Assembly (NCBI RefSeq): GCF_009834535.1
Contig: NC_045697.1
Coordinates: forward strand, 69,318,001 to 69,382,000
Reading direction: 5' to 3'
DNA length: 64,000 bases
Origin: Camelus ferus
Taxonomy: Eukaryota
Positions within the stretch are counted from its first letter, which is position 1, and every line of letters starts with the position of its first letter. The position numbers and the translations under genes are program-made. The notes under the pieces are model-generated. The model ran no database searches. It was not told the origin of the DNA and saw nothing but the letters and a program-made list of their open reading frames with translations. Positions 51,141 to 63,379 of the stretch are shown here, in pieces.

Positions 51141-52017
51141 GGTGGTACAAAAGTTTGTCCAAAACCATGCAGGCAGTTTGCAAATGACTGTTTTGGGATT
51201 CGCTGCTTTGGATCATCAGGTGACCATCCTCCAGGCACTCACTGAAATCAGCTAGTGGAGGTCAGAAGGACAGGGAGGAAACTCCAGTGCTTTCCTGCTG
51301 GGAGTCACAAACATCAGTGGATTGTGAGGTCAGTGAGTGAATCTAAACCAGTGGTGTTGGGGGTGTTGTGGGTAAGGTAAAATGGCTTTAAATATGCTCT
51401 TATAATACCCTGTCATGTGACACAGATCATCTTTTTTTACTAATGAATATTATAGTAAAAATTCTACTTAACCGTCCCCTTCATCCCTCCACTTCCCTCT
51501 TCGAAGGCCAGGGCTTTCTGCACACCTTCAGCATGGGAATGAGTGCCCAGGCTCCTCACACGTACTAAATTAGCATGCCCTGGCCTTTTCTCCCAGAGCT
51601 AAGCCCAGTCAGAGAGATAATTATGCTTGGAAATAAAAACACCTGGGTCTACTGCATCAGGTGGCAGTCCTGGAAGCAAAAGAGCACAGCTCTTGGTGCA
51701 CGCCAGTGATGCTTCAAAGGAGAAGCCAGGCAGACCAAGATGGGTGGCCAATGATCCAGTAGTTCAGGCCAAAATTTTACGTCTTCGTCAACTGGACAGA
51801 CATCCAAGGGGAAAGCCTGAATGATCTGTATAGCTGACTCAGTGTTCACCTTCACAGCTGGAAGAACATGTCAGAAATACAGCGTAAAACAATGACCAAA
51901 ATATGCAGGGCTTGTGATACCTTAAAAGCTAAAAATGTAGCATTACAGCCATCTAGATATTTCCAGAATATCTAGATTTAACAGATTTTAATAAAGTGTT
52001 CCTTTTCTTTAAGGATC

Positions 52018-52139
52018 TTTTTGGGGCGGTGGGGAGGTAATTAGGTTTATTTATTTATTTTTAATGGAGGTACTGGGGATTGAACCCAGGTCCTAGTGCA
52101 TGCCAAGCATGTGCTCTACCACTGAGCTCTACCCTCCCC
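52018..52139 (-). mobile_element. Vic-1-like SINE
   Basis: gtaattaggtttatttattt...gaggtactggggattgaacccagg...gctctaccactgagctctaccctcccc. Confidence 0.92.
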
Positions 52140-52549
52140 ACTACAGTGTTTCTACTTCTCCCAGGTGTTAGGCCTAACACCAGAGTTCAACATCAGAAAC
52201 TCAACTTCCCAGTACAAAACACTAATGTGAGACAGTCTGGTTTTACAAAGAAAATGAAGAGTGACTCTAAGGGGTAAAGAAGAATAGGAAAATTAACAAC
52301 AAACAATAGACTTGAATTCATGGTCTGGTATATGTGATAAGAATTACATGCCATTCATTACAATGAAAAGAACATTGTGAACATTTGTTAGATCTTTTTT
52401 CCCTTTAGTTATTTTGAGAATGTACTTATGTAGGCAGAACATTACAGAGAACAAAAACTATATATTACAATGGGAGATTATTTTAATGGTTCTAAAAGAA
52501 GTCAAGAAAAACCCAAATGAAATTACAGGTGTGGAGGAAAATAGAGGAA

Positions 52550-52810
52550 TAATTGCTAATACCTGTTGATTATTCCAAGCAGTTTATATATATGAACTCC
52601 TCCAATCCTCCTGACTCTGAGATAGATGTTAGGTCTTAATACTACTGTGAAGAGCATCAATACTACTACAGAGAGTGCTGTTTTGCAGATGAGGAGACTT
52701 AACCTCAAGGTGAGTAAGTAGCCTGTCTAAGGACACAAGCCTGGGAATGGCACTGGGTAAAAATCCAGACATACTCCAACTCCAACCAAGCCCCTTAACA
52801 CCAGGCTCTT
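52550..52810 (-). mobile_element. MIR remnant
   Basis: ttttgcagatgaggagact...aagtagcctgtctaaggacaca. Confidence 0.55.
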
Positions 52811-53600
52811 CCACCTGCCTTCCACCAGAGCACTAGAGTGCCCAACTGAGGATGCACCTTTCATCACCCTCTAATGCCGGACCCTGTAAAGAACCTTCCA
52901 AAAGCTCAATGACTGGAATCTTCGAAGGTTAAGGGACTGCACTATATTGATACGACTATACCTTAAAACAGGAAAACTAAGTTTTGGCATTAAATGCTTC
53001 AAGAGTGATTAGAACTACTTACTCACTTGGCAGAATTAAGTTTTAAGGCTGCTTCGGGGGAAATATTAACAGTTGAGGGAAATTTTTGTTGGAAGCAAAA
53101 CGTTATACTTCGAGAAATGCTTAAGTCAAGTATTCCTCTTTTAGTAGGACTACTTAATTAAGTACCAACCATTAAAATAGCTGGCCTGAATATTTATTAG
53201 AGCACCAGCTGTTCCCTCCAGATTTTTAGAAATTCAAGACTTGGTGCCAAGTATAATTTAGAAGAAAAAAAAAATTCAACAAGTAAAAAGAGCCCTATGT
53301 CTTGCAATACTTATCCAAATAGTAAACAGTAGCTGGAAGAGGTGTGGAACATCACTGTGCCTTTTCAATGAGAAGAGCCAAAATGTTTTGCCCACCATGT
53401 CCAAATACTATTTTGTTATTGAGGTTGGTGATTATATTATTTAAAAATTATACCTTACATTTCATGATTAACATTCGTTTATGTACATACAGATAATATC
53501 ACAGTGCTAACCACAGGGTTGGTATGCCATTCTGGGTGTGTTTGTTTAGAAATGCTGATAACTATGCCCCAGTAAAATACCTCTGAGAAATAATTGAGGG

Positions 53601-53751
53601 TTTTTTTTTTTTGTTTTTGTTTTTTTTTTTTTTTTTTGGTGGGGGGCAGTAATTAGGTTTATTTATTTATTTAACTGGAGATACTGGGAATTGAACCTAG
53701 GACCTTATGCATGCTAGGCATGCAATCTACCACCAAGCTATAGCCTCCCCC
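53601..53751 (-). mobile_element. Vic-1-like SINE with long T-rich tail
   Basis: Poly(T), gtaattaggtttattt...gatactgggaattgaacctaggacc...ctaccaccaagctatagcctcccc. Confidence 0.9.
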
Positions 53752-54094
53752 TCGTAAGAGATTTTTATTCCAAATTGTATTTCTTTCAAAAGATTACCAA
53801 TTTAGGAGCTCAGCCATAATCAAATACCTATTTTTTTTCCTAAAGGGGGCAGGGGAAAGGAAGAAGTCTAGGGGTAGGGGGCAGAATTCATTATGCCCAC
53901 TCTGAATATTCAACATTGAAACTCTTCCTGCTAAAGAAAAGTGACAAATATCAGGTTTGGGTCTCCGATGTTCACTTTACTGTCAGCCCTTTGTGACAGT
54001 GCTGTAAACTTGGATACAAGAGAAGAAATGTCCCCGCCTCAACCTGACAGCAGAGGGAAGTCAATGAAACAGCCACAGAGACTCAGAAAGCAAC

Positions 54095-54161
54095 TCCCCT
54101 CCTCCCCTCCTCCTTTCCTCCCCTCCTCCTTTCCTCCCCTCCTCCCCACCTCCCCACCTCC
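54095..54161. repeat. Polypyrimidine low-complexity tract (CCT/CCCCT)n
   Basis: tcccctcctcccctcctcctttcctcccctcctcctttcctcccc... Confidence 0.85.
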
Positions 54162-56089
54162 AGGGGAGGACACTTGGGGCTGAGGGCACGGGAGGAAGTC
54201 TCCAGAAACAGAGCCTGAAAGGAAGAGCACCTTGGACAGGGAGGCTGGTTTTTGGAGGGGAGGGCAGTGCGCTGTCCTGTCCGGCGTCTATGGTTAGATC
54301 CAGTCCACTGCACTGAAGGGTGCAGGACAGCAAGGGCAAAAGAACAAAATGCCTATTTCTTCATTGTTCCTGTCGAATAAATAACTAGCTTCCATCCCTA
54401 TATGATGCTAATTTTTAGCATCCTAATTGCAGCACAAGAGAGTCTCTTTAGCAGAGATTTTCTCATTTTGTTTTCGGGGCTTTCAGGTTTAAAAATAAAC
54501 TGGCATCTTTGGATTAATAAAAAATTCCATGAGGGATAAAATAGGCCACACTATTTTTTTTTTCCTCGTAAGCAAAGAACACCAGCTTCATGTGCTGATG
54601 AGATCAGTCACCCTTTGGTCATAGCCCTATGCCGCCCTCTCCCAGCTCCCCCAGTGTACCCTCCAGAGAGTAATGGGAAGAGATGCCACATCTTGCCAAG
54701 AAAAACAAGCTAGAGCTCCTCAACCTCAGCTGGGCATCAAAATCACCTGCAGGGATTAGAAAAAAAAAACCAAAAACAAACAAAAACACCCCACTAATAC
54801 CAGGGTCCCATCCTAGGCCTCCTGGTGGGAAGACTGAAATTTCCTAACAACTGACTGATTACACTGCTGTGTCCATAAAGGGGTGAAATATCAACTAATC
54901 CGTCAGAAGTCACCCCTTATCAGGGAGAGGGACCTCCTATGCTTGAAGAAAAGCCCACAGAAGAAAAACCCAGATGAGAAATATTTTTTTCTACACATGC
55001 CTTGACCTTCAAGATTTAAAATTATCTGAAGGCTAGAATGGTGGTTCTCAATCATTTGTTTAAGCAGTAGACCCCTTTTTTCAAGCAGAACTCTTCGTGG
55101 TATCCCAAAACATCAAACTTAATGGCTGAGCTTCTGCAGGGGAAAGAGAGGGCAGAGAACCTCTCACTCAGCCCCGGGCACACCTCAGGGAAGCCCCGGG
55201 CTGCTGGAAGCGCAGTTTGAAAGCCACTGGGCCAGAATAAGACATTTCAATGGGATAAATACATAGCACTAAATCTAAATTCAAGTAATGCACTGGAGGG
55301 TTAGGGCTTCTGATTAGCGCTTAGCGCAGGGAAACGGGTTTAACAGAAGTTCACCTGAAAAAGAGATGAAGGTTTCATTTCACTGGAAATTCAACTTGAG
55401 CCAACAATGTTCTCTGGCTGCCAGGACAAGCATGTGTGGTTCAGCCTGGGTTAAGAACTACTACTTGTACTGAGACATTTTTCCTTTTAGAAAGTACCTT
55501 CACATGCGTGATCCTGTTTAATGTTAGGTATCAACTCTGCAAGCTATTGGAATTACATTCAACACATTTTAGATAAGCAACTGAAGAACGAATGTCAGAA
55601 TAACTAACTCCAGGACAAACCCAGGCTTCTGCCTCCAGGTCCAGCATGGCCCAGAGACTTAAGGGGGAGCTCGAAAATAACCGCCCACCACTCTCTGGAA
55701 GGTTGGAACAGTGTGTGAAAATGTGTTCCCTTCTGTTTGCTACATTAAGGGAGGTGTGTCCAAATGGGACCACAGGCCGAGTACCATGACCAGGACAAAG
55801 AACAATCTGGAAATAGTGTATGAAGATCAAATGGAAAAACTAAGAGCCTTTAAAGATGGAAAACAGAAGGTTTGGGAATGGCAATAACAGCCATTTTTTT
55901 AATAACACAGGGCTAGGCAGAAGGAAGACAAGTCGTATGGTATCATACAGGACTAACCTAGGCCCTTCCACTCTTCCTTCCCGAAAAATTCAGTCCTCAA
56001 GTTACGAGTGGGGGCACAGGAAGGTAGACCTTCATGCAGGGAAAGACATGGGGAAGGATGTGGAAGCCCAGAGCAGCGTAACAGAGCCT

Positions 56090-57440
56090 GATCAGTGTCC
56101 ACAGTGGGATGTGGGGCTGGAGCACCAGCAGGTAAGGAGGGCAACCATGTGAGGGGCAGGGGGAGCAGTGGAAGACTGGCTACATAAGGGGAGATTTAAT
56201 TAAATAAGTACATTGTTAAGGATAATGGGAGCCAGAATTCTCATTGTCAAAGAAGGTAGTTATAAATATGGAAAAGGAAAAACCTAAAATAAACCCTGTG
56301 GCATCAGACAGGGATCTGAGGTACCACTGTAAATGCATAGTTTTCAAAATATATAGCTACGTATAAAAATGCAGATGTACACATGTGCATATGTGTATGC
56401 GCACACACATATTCCATAGTTCTGACCACTGAGAGGCCCCAGGGGTGGTGATAGACTCAGAGCAATAAGCACACTTTGTGACTGGATCTTGGCTTCTAGA
56501 TACCATCCTCCACTCAAAGGAACCAGGACTTCTTGGGGAAATACATGATACAAAAGATGACAGCAGTAAATTTCAAGATGAGCTTGGAACATCTTATTCT
56601 GCCAGAAAGCAAAGCAGTGCTCGAAGAATGATGGGAGTTAAAGGGCACAAGAGGCAGCATGAAAAGATGGACTGCCAAACCTGGGACCAACTGGAATGCC
56701 AAAGGAAGTAATAAGAATAACAGTTTAATTAAAACACACTAGGAAAAAAAAGATCGTAAGTTCTTAGTGATGTAATTAACAGATCGAAAATCTGATGAGG
56801 GATGAGCTATTCACATAGTTTCACAGTAACATGACACAAAATATGTATACATTACAAAAGGGAAAAGAGTCACTTTAAGGTGGATAAACTTGGCAGACAA
56901 CACTTTAATCAAGTAACCATCATTAGTAATGGAACAAATACAAACAGAAATCACTGCCACCTGACGGATGCACTGAGCAGAACACAGCAACATTTCTGTA
57001 ATTCTCCTGCCAAAGAAGCACAGCCAGAATCTAAAGATGAGAAAATGGCAGACAAACCCAAATTGAGGGACATTCTACAAAATAACTAGTTTAAAATCTT
57101 CAAAACTGTCAAGAACCTGACATTGAACGACTAAAAGAGAAAAAGACCCAACTAAATACAATGTGTCTTCTGGACTGAATTCCTTTGCTTTATGAGACCT
57201 GATTGGAACACCTAGGAAACCTGAATGATGGTAGTAATGTATCAGTGATAATCGCCTGGCTTTGACAGCTGTACTGTGGTGTTCTAGGAGAATATCCTAA
57301 TTTACAGGAAATATACACTGAAGTATTGGTGTGATAGCCATCATGCTAGCATCTTTTTCTCAAATGATTCCGGAAAAAAACAAATTGTACCACTTGCAAT
57401 TTTTCTGCAGGTCTGACATTGTTTCAAAATAAAAATTAAA
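56090..57440 (+). mobile_element. Old L1M (L1MC-like) 3' UTR
   Basis: ggataatgggagccag...gcttggaacatcttatt...cagacaaacccaaattgagggacattctacaaaataact...acttgcaatttttctg...gtttcaaaataaaaa. Confidence 0.8.
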
Positions 57441-57639
57441 AATCAACAACAGTAAATTAGGAAGATAGAATCTGGGGGAAAAGGTTACATCTAGTGTGAG
57501 GGATTGATGAAACTCTCAAGTGATTAAAGTGGTCCCAAAACAGATCCATCCTTAGAAAGGTTGGCAGGATGTTACAGAGAAAGTGCCTCACTGATTAGAA
57601 AGTGAGAGAAGACGACACCTCTGTACTTTCCAATGATTT

Positions 57640-57770
57640 CATTATTCATTCATTCAACAAATATTTATTAAAAACCTACTGTGTTTCAGACAATCTGCTA
57701 GACCATGAGCTTACGAAAATGAGTAAGAGTCTCTGCAGTTGAAGCCCTTATATTCCAGTGAAGGATGATG
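57640..57770 (-). mobile_element. L2 3' end remnant
   Basis: ttcattcattcaacaaatatttatt...cctactgtgt. Confidence 0.7.
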
Positions 57771-58109
57771 ATTCAGAAGTCTTGTTACAATTTTAAGACA
57801 GTCATCAGTATTACATATAGAAAAAAGCATGTGACTCAAGAACACTGTCTTTAATACTCCATTTTTCACTTATGAACTTTTAGTGACTACACAATAGTTT
57901 ATTATTCTATCATATTCTTTAACAACATTTTCATCCTAGCTTTTTGCGCTTGTGGGTGGTGTTAACTGAGGCATATGCAAAATCTTTATCACTTTTCAAT
58001 TATGAACAGATGTAAATGACTTGCTTGATGTTTTATTTTAGAATAACAAGCATCTTCTAAAATAAGTTTCAAAGGAGAAGCTAGGGCTATAGTTATGCAA
58101 GAGACTTAA

Positions 58110-58250
58110 CATTCTAGAAGTGAACCCTGATATGTTCTTCAACACGTTGAAAGTCATTCCACGTTCCTGCTCTCCAATTTCGTCGTCTGTCGCGAAGATG
58201 TCATAATAGGCTTGTAAACTGCTTTGAGATGCTTTGAAGAAAGACATCAT
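58110..58250 (+). mobile_element. Highly degenerate MIR-like remnant
   Basis: Minus strand acagacgacgaaattggagagcaggaacgtggaatgactt aligns loosely to acagatgaggaaactgaggcacagagaggttaagtgactt. Confidence 0.4.
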
Positions 58251-59499
58251 AATTACAAAGTTCTGTTAAAATACAGGTTGCTTATACCCTTGGCCTGGGA
58301 CTAACTATTACCGTGGACGTATTAATTCAGAGTGATCCATCTAAATGAGCTCACCTTGGCAATTTTATGGTGGGTGGAACCTTACTTGGTTTTCCAACTT
58401 TTCGCCTTGGCTTCGTTTGAATCTTCCGGGCATATCATCAAGTGAGAATGCTTCAGTGCCTTCTCACTGACCCAAGAATGAACAACCAGACCAAGTAAGT
58501 CAGTACTCAATTCCTTTCCCCACTGAGGTCTCTACACCCTTCTTACATTTTTCCCATTTGACACTTTCATAACCATATTTAGCTTTCTTCCTACCATCTC
58601 CCTGTAATTCAAAAGGCAATTTAGACTCCCATATGGTTGCCATCGAAGCTAACAGATGTCTAGCAAATTAAAACAAAAATTATGACTTATAAACTGCTGA
58701 TGTATCATCATCCCAGAACATCTTACAATTTATAGTGAATCATAAGATAAGGCTTCCCACTTGATGCCTCCCGCAAGGTTCCCTAAATCTCTCTCCTCTG
58801 AATTTAAGCCCTGTGGAAACAAATTAGATGCAACATTCTGCCATCAAACTTGGATAAACCTCCACTTAAAGACACAATGTAATATTTGAAAGCATATCAA
58901 AGAGAAATTTGGCCTCAAGTATCAAAGGCTTTCTAAACTCTGTACAGCAAAGAAAAGAGAACAATGACTTGATCTCCCAAGTCATTCAAGCCTTCCACTG
59001 GTCCATTGGGCTTTTTTCAAATAAGATTAAATCTGCTGAATCCATTCACCTCAACTTCTTGGCACATCTTAAGAGGAGCATTATTACCTGGTAGTAAGGA
59101 TGCCGGAGTACCAGGCTAATAAGGTATTCTAGAAATTCTATAGCCAGGATGAAATTAGTATGAAATCTGGAGACAATGACACAAACCATATTCACCATTT
59201 GTTAAATACTGAGACACTGTGCTGAGTCGTACCTTATTGCATCCTTGAATCTACAACTCTATTGAATGATGTTATCTTTCCTTTATAAACAAAATTAAGG
59301 ATCAGTGCAGCAGACTGTATTTTCCAGAGATGGTCACAACCCACAACCTTGACACTTGTCCAACAAAAGAAGGAATTGCTTTCTTTGCCCCTCCGAAATT
59401 GAGCAGGTTCCACATATGCTTTAAACAGTGGAAGAGATAAAAGTGACACTGGGCCAGTTCCGGGAGTAGCCTTAACTGGCTGGAAGTTTCTCCTTCCAG

Positions 59500-59792
59500 T
59501 CTCAGAGACAGGGAGAAGCCATGTCTAGGTGCCCCAGCCAACAACCCTGGCTGAGCTCTCAGCAAGCATCACCTGCCAGTCATGTGAGTACGCCATCTTG
59601 GGTATCCCACCCCTGTGAGCCTTCAGGTAACTCCAGCCCAGTCCCAGCCCACTGCAACTGCATGGGAGATTCCAAGTGCAAATCACCCAGATGAGCCTGG
59701 TCAAATCACAGAACTATCAGATACAATACAATTTTATTTTAAACCACTAAGTTTTGGGGTTGTTTGTTATGTAGCAATAGATAACCAGAATA
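59500..59792 (+). mobile_element. MaLR LTR 3' part (MLT1G/H-like)
   Basis: cctgccagtcatgtgagt.cgccatcttgg...ttttaaaccactaagttttggggttgtttgttatgtagcaatagataacc. Confidence 0.82.
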
Positions 59793-60494
59793 CTGAGAGA
59801 TCAATTTACTTCCCTAAGAACAGTGAAGTATTAGAGCCAGAATATAAAAAGTTCCAGAACAAAACATCTATTAATGGTGAGTAATGAGATGTGGGGGTTC
59901 AGTACCCAAAAGAAGCAATTTTAAAATAAAACTGCCTTTCTCTTCCCTCCCCCACCCCAGAGCAGCCTCAGGGTTTTCTGAGAAATGTCCCAATATGGTG
60001 ACACTCTCAATGAAATCAATTCCCTTCTGGCTTGAGTTCTTCCAATATAGAATAGGGAAAATAAGATTTTCCCCATTCCCCCTGATAACTAATGAGAAAG
60101 GAATCTGTACAAGATGTTGACTTTGTTACTTAGAATATCATTACAACCATTATAAAAAGTATTCAGATTTTGCACATGAAACTGTAATAATAAAAATATA
60201 TTTAATGACTCACAGGACTACATTTGAGATTCAGAGTGGGGAGAGGAAAGAATGTATATTATGCCAATAAGTGAATAAGCCAAGAAGAAATTAGGGAAAG
60301 ATTTTTCTTTTTAATGAAAGGATCTTTGAGAGAAAAAAAAAAGTGGCCTTCAGACAAGTCTCAGTAAGAGAAAAAGTCTATAATTTAATAAGTGTCCCAA
60401 TATATACTTCTTTCATGATATATTAGTGCCCATTTCTTCTATTTTTCTTCCCTGCATATTAGAGCTCAGTAGACTCATTCTTTTTCAGAACCAG

Positions 60495-60610
60495 AAAGAA
60501 CCTTACAACATGTCTAACTCTTCATTTTAACAGCTGAGAAATTGAGGCCTAGGGCAGTTAACTGACTAGCAAGAAGTCAAACTACTCATTAGTAAGAGAG
60601 CCAAGCTCTT
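60495..60610 (-). mobile_element. MIR remnant
   Basis: ttcattttaacagctgagaaattgaggcctag...ttaactgact. Confidence 0.65.
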
Positions 60611-63279
60611 AGTGCTGGTGCTACTACGTTCTCAATTTTTATTTTCCCAGAACCTTACCTCAAAATGTCTTCAATGTTTTTAAATTTCTAGCCTAGAATT
60701 TCACAATGTGAAAATGGAAAATTAGGAAACCATGCTCTCTGTGATCAATCTCTTGTTCATAATCTTGTAAGAGTAGCCCTGAGTCTGCCGTTTCTGGCAG
60801 TCGCAGACAGGATGGTGACTCTGTACAGAGCAGAGGCGTGCAACTGTACAGAAGCAGCCTAGCAGTTACTGACCCCAGTCATTCAGTCACTAACATCTTA
60901 GTCTGAATAACTGTGATCAAATAGCATGGCCACCTGCCTGCTGACTGTCACTCTAGAGACCAGGGTACTGACAAACTGAGAGATTCAAATATCGGGTAAT
61001 TTTGAAACAGACAGCAGATTAGGGAAGGTGTAAAGGGTTATGGGAGTGGAAGGCTTCAGGCACAGAAAGGAGGAACAAGGTGTGTAAAAAGCAAAGTAAG
61101 AGAGGGGCCCCAATAACAAAGGCATCTATGAAATAATTCCACCTGGGGCAGCTGGTTTCGTTCCAGAGACTAAATCTCCTTTCAGGCATCCCATAAAACT
61201 CCCCTCCAGAGATGAAGACCTTCAAAATCAGACTCTCTTCTGGAACTCTCTATGCAAGCATGCTGCAATTCTTTGAAGCTCTCCACAATTCTAGAGGTTT
61301 TGCTACAACCTAGTCCACAGAAAATACTAAATGTGCCTCTGTACACTACAAAATTACACCAAACTGTCAGGGAAACAGGCCCAAATCCCTTTATTTCTTT
61401 TCCACCTCTTGCTATGAAACTGCAGAGAAAGCCCCTGGGTGCCTTTGTTGCCTGGTAGCTGAAATGTGCAACTTTTGGAAGTGTTCAAGTAGAACCAAGA
61501 GGCTTGGACTCACTACCCTCACAAGATCTGGCCCCAATTCCGTAGTCCCTGACTCTCAAAGTCATGAAAGTTTCAAGTTCAAATAAAATCAAAATGCCTC
61601 ACTCAGAAATGTGACGACCCACCACTTTTAAACATTCCCAAGAGGGACTGAAAAAAAGAAAGCAAAGAAATAATTTCTTCTTCCTATATTTGTAGCAGTG
61701 TCTGACTGCAGGGAGGGGGTGACTGCTAACAGGAATCATGTCTCATCCCTGACAAAAAATTGCCTGTGAAGGACTGAATCTGGTATTTATTCACGTGTCC
61801 CCCCTCATTATCTTTATCAGTCCTTGAGGCCGGATGACATATTGATACAGAAAGTGATCTCCAACCCCTTCCACTTCCTTTCGCAAAACATGCGTGAGTA
61901 ATGCAGGATGCTCCTACAGAAAACAGAAAATGAAAACAAAATAGCCTGGTAAATGCGTGGTAGGAAAAAAAGAATATAGAGAGCTATATTGACAACTGTT
62001 CTCATAGATGTATATGTTTACAGCAAAGGCCTAAATTAAAGGAGAATCAAAATAAATACCCCCTGTGTTCAGACTGCTGTGGATTATTATTGATCCCACC
62101 ATTGGGTTTTTGTTTATCTCATACTGAACCTATACTGAACAGCAACTTGGAGAACCCTCCAAACCCCAGACAGCCACCATCTTTACTTTCCATGGGAGGA
62201 GAACGGGGAGAAGAGTGCACAGTAAGGAAGAGGATGGGATGGGATGGGATGAGATGGAGAAGAAAAATAACAAGGTCCTTGAACCAACATTTTCCCCTTG
62301 TCCTGTGAACTCTTTGTCTGGTTGCTGAACATGTTTGTGAGATCAAGGAAAAGAAACAAACAAAAGAGTAGGCGTCCCAGCCTAATTACAATAGGTGCCC
62401 AGCACACTGTAGTGCCAGCAGAGCATGGTTTGAATCTTTCGTTCAAGCATCTGCTCTCTTGATAGCCCCCTAAAGCATGTCTCATACACCTTCTCCTTTG
62501 CGTTTCTCCAAGGTTTCCCCCAAACGGCCCCGCTCCATGTCACTCCTCAGAAAAGGAGGACGTGAGGCACGAACACATTGAAACATATGTTGATGGTGAC
62601 TTATTAACCTGACAGTAATATAAAAGAGAAAAATAAATCCCTCAACCCCACAAGCCCACTGCTCAGTCCATTATGCAAAAGGAGCGCCTTCCATATGAAG
62701 AGGAAGAGCGTGCAGTAAACGTTATTTACGTACACATTACAGAACCATATACCACGGCATCTGCATCCTACACAAAGCCTGAGATGGTGCAAGAAGATAC
62801 ACGCTGAGCATGGCACAGACCAGCCGCGGCAACACGGAGCCAAGCCCTTGTCCAATCAGATCCTTGTTAGAAGGTGGACCTGAGGGTCGGCTCTACCCGA
62901 TTAGCCTTCCCTATTATGACACCACGCTCTGACCAACATCCATATCCCACCGGGAGCAAATCTCATTCGAGTGGTTGCTCATTTCTCAAACGGCCGAGCC
63001 CTTTCTTTCATCTGCATCCCTGCTATTCGTCCCTTAAAAAGCCAACCCAAGGCCTGGGTGCCCCCTTTCCGGCTCGATTTTTCTTTTTACCTCTTCTCAT
63101 TCCTAGAAAGGATTAAATGTTTATCTCTCCAACGCGCAGGCTGGAAAAGCGGAAGGCAAATGCCTTTCAGTGCTCCGGCAAGCTCCCAAAGGTCTGCGAA
63201 AAGTAAAGGCAGCGAGCAACGTGGGGGAAATCGTCGCGAATCGACCGGCCACAATAGTTGAAATCCCAGAAGTGCTCCA

Positions 63280-63288
63280 ACTTACCCA
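63280..63288 (-). other. TSPAN5: 5' splice donor of TSPAN5 exon 1
   Basis: Plus strand acttaccca = minus TGG|GTAAGT, consensus donor; TSPAN5 similarity stops exactly here. Confidence 0.93.
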
Positions 63289-63366
63289 AAATATGACATT
63301 GAAGCCAAATATGAAATACTTGATGCAACAACTGACTTCAGGACCCTTGTAATGCTTCCCGGACAT
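63286..63366 (-). CDS. TSPAN5: Tetraspanin-5, first coding exon (27 codons, MSGKHYKGPEVSCCIKYFIFGFNVIFW)
   Basis: Translation matches the TSPAN5 N-terminus and start of TM1. ATG context cagaggATGt (A at -3). The 81-nt exon ends in a canonical phase-0 donor TGG|GTAAGT and lies in a CpG island. Confidence 0.96.
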
Positions 63367-63379
63367 CCTCTGGGTTCAT
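63338..63379 (-). other. Upstream ORF overlapping the TSPAN5 start codon (MNPEDVREALQGS*)
   Basis: ATG at 63379, 13 nt upstream of and out of frame with the main ATG; TGA at 63340-63338. Confidence 0.6.

Larger units (their letters stand above)
1..63285 (-). other. TSPAN5: TSPAN5 intron 1 (partial)
   Basis: Follows the exon 1 donor; repeat-rich; no exon 2 sequence (FLGITFLGIGLWAWNEK-like) recognised in the window. Confidence 0.85.

Noticed and set aside
58038..58250. 70-aa protein-like ORF with local CpGs (possible retrogene or viral insert)
   Set aside because: No protein family recognised, and the sequence aligns loosely with a degenerate MIR core.
58438..58470. Hairpin agtgagaa...ttctcact containing CAGTGC (IRE-like loop)
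   Set aside because: The 5 nt on either side of CAGTGC do not pair as an IRE upper stem, and it is intronic and antisense to TSPAN5.
63121..63285. Extension of the TSPAN5 ORF to 81 aa in the ORF track
   Set aside because: Read-through past the GTAAGT donor into the intron; TSPAN5 similarity ends at 63286.
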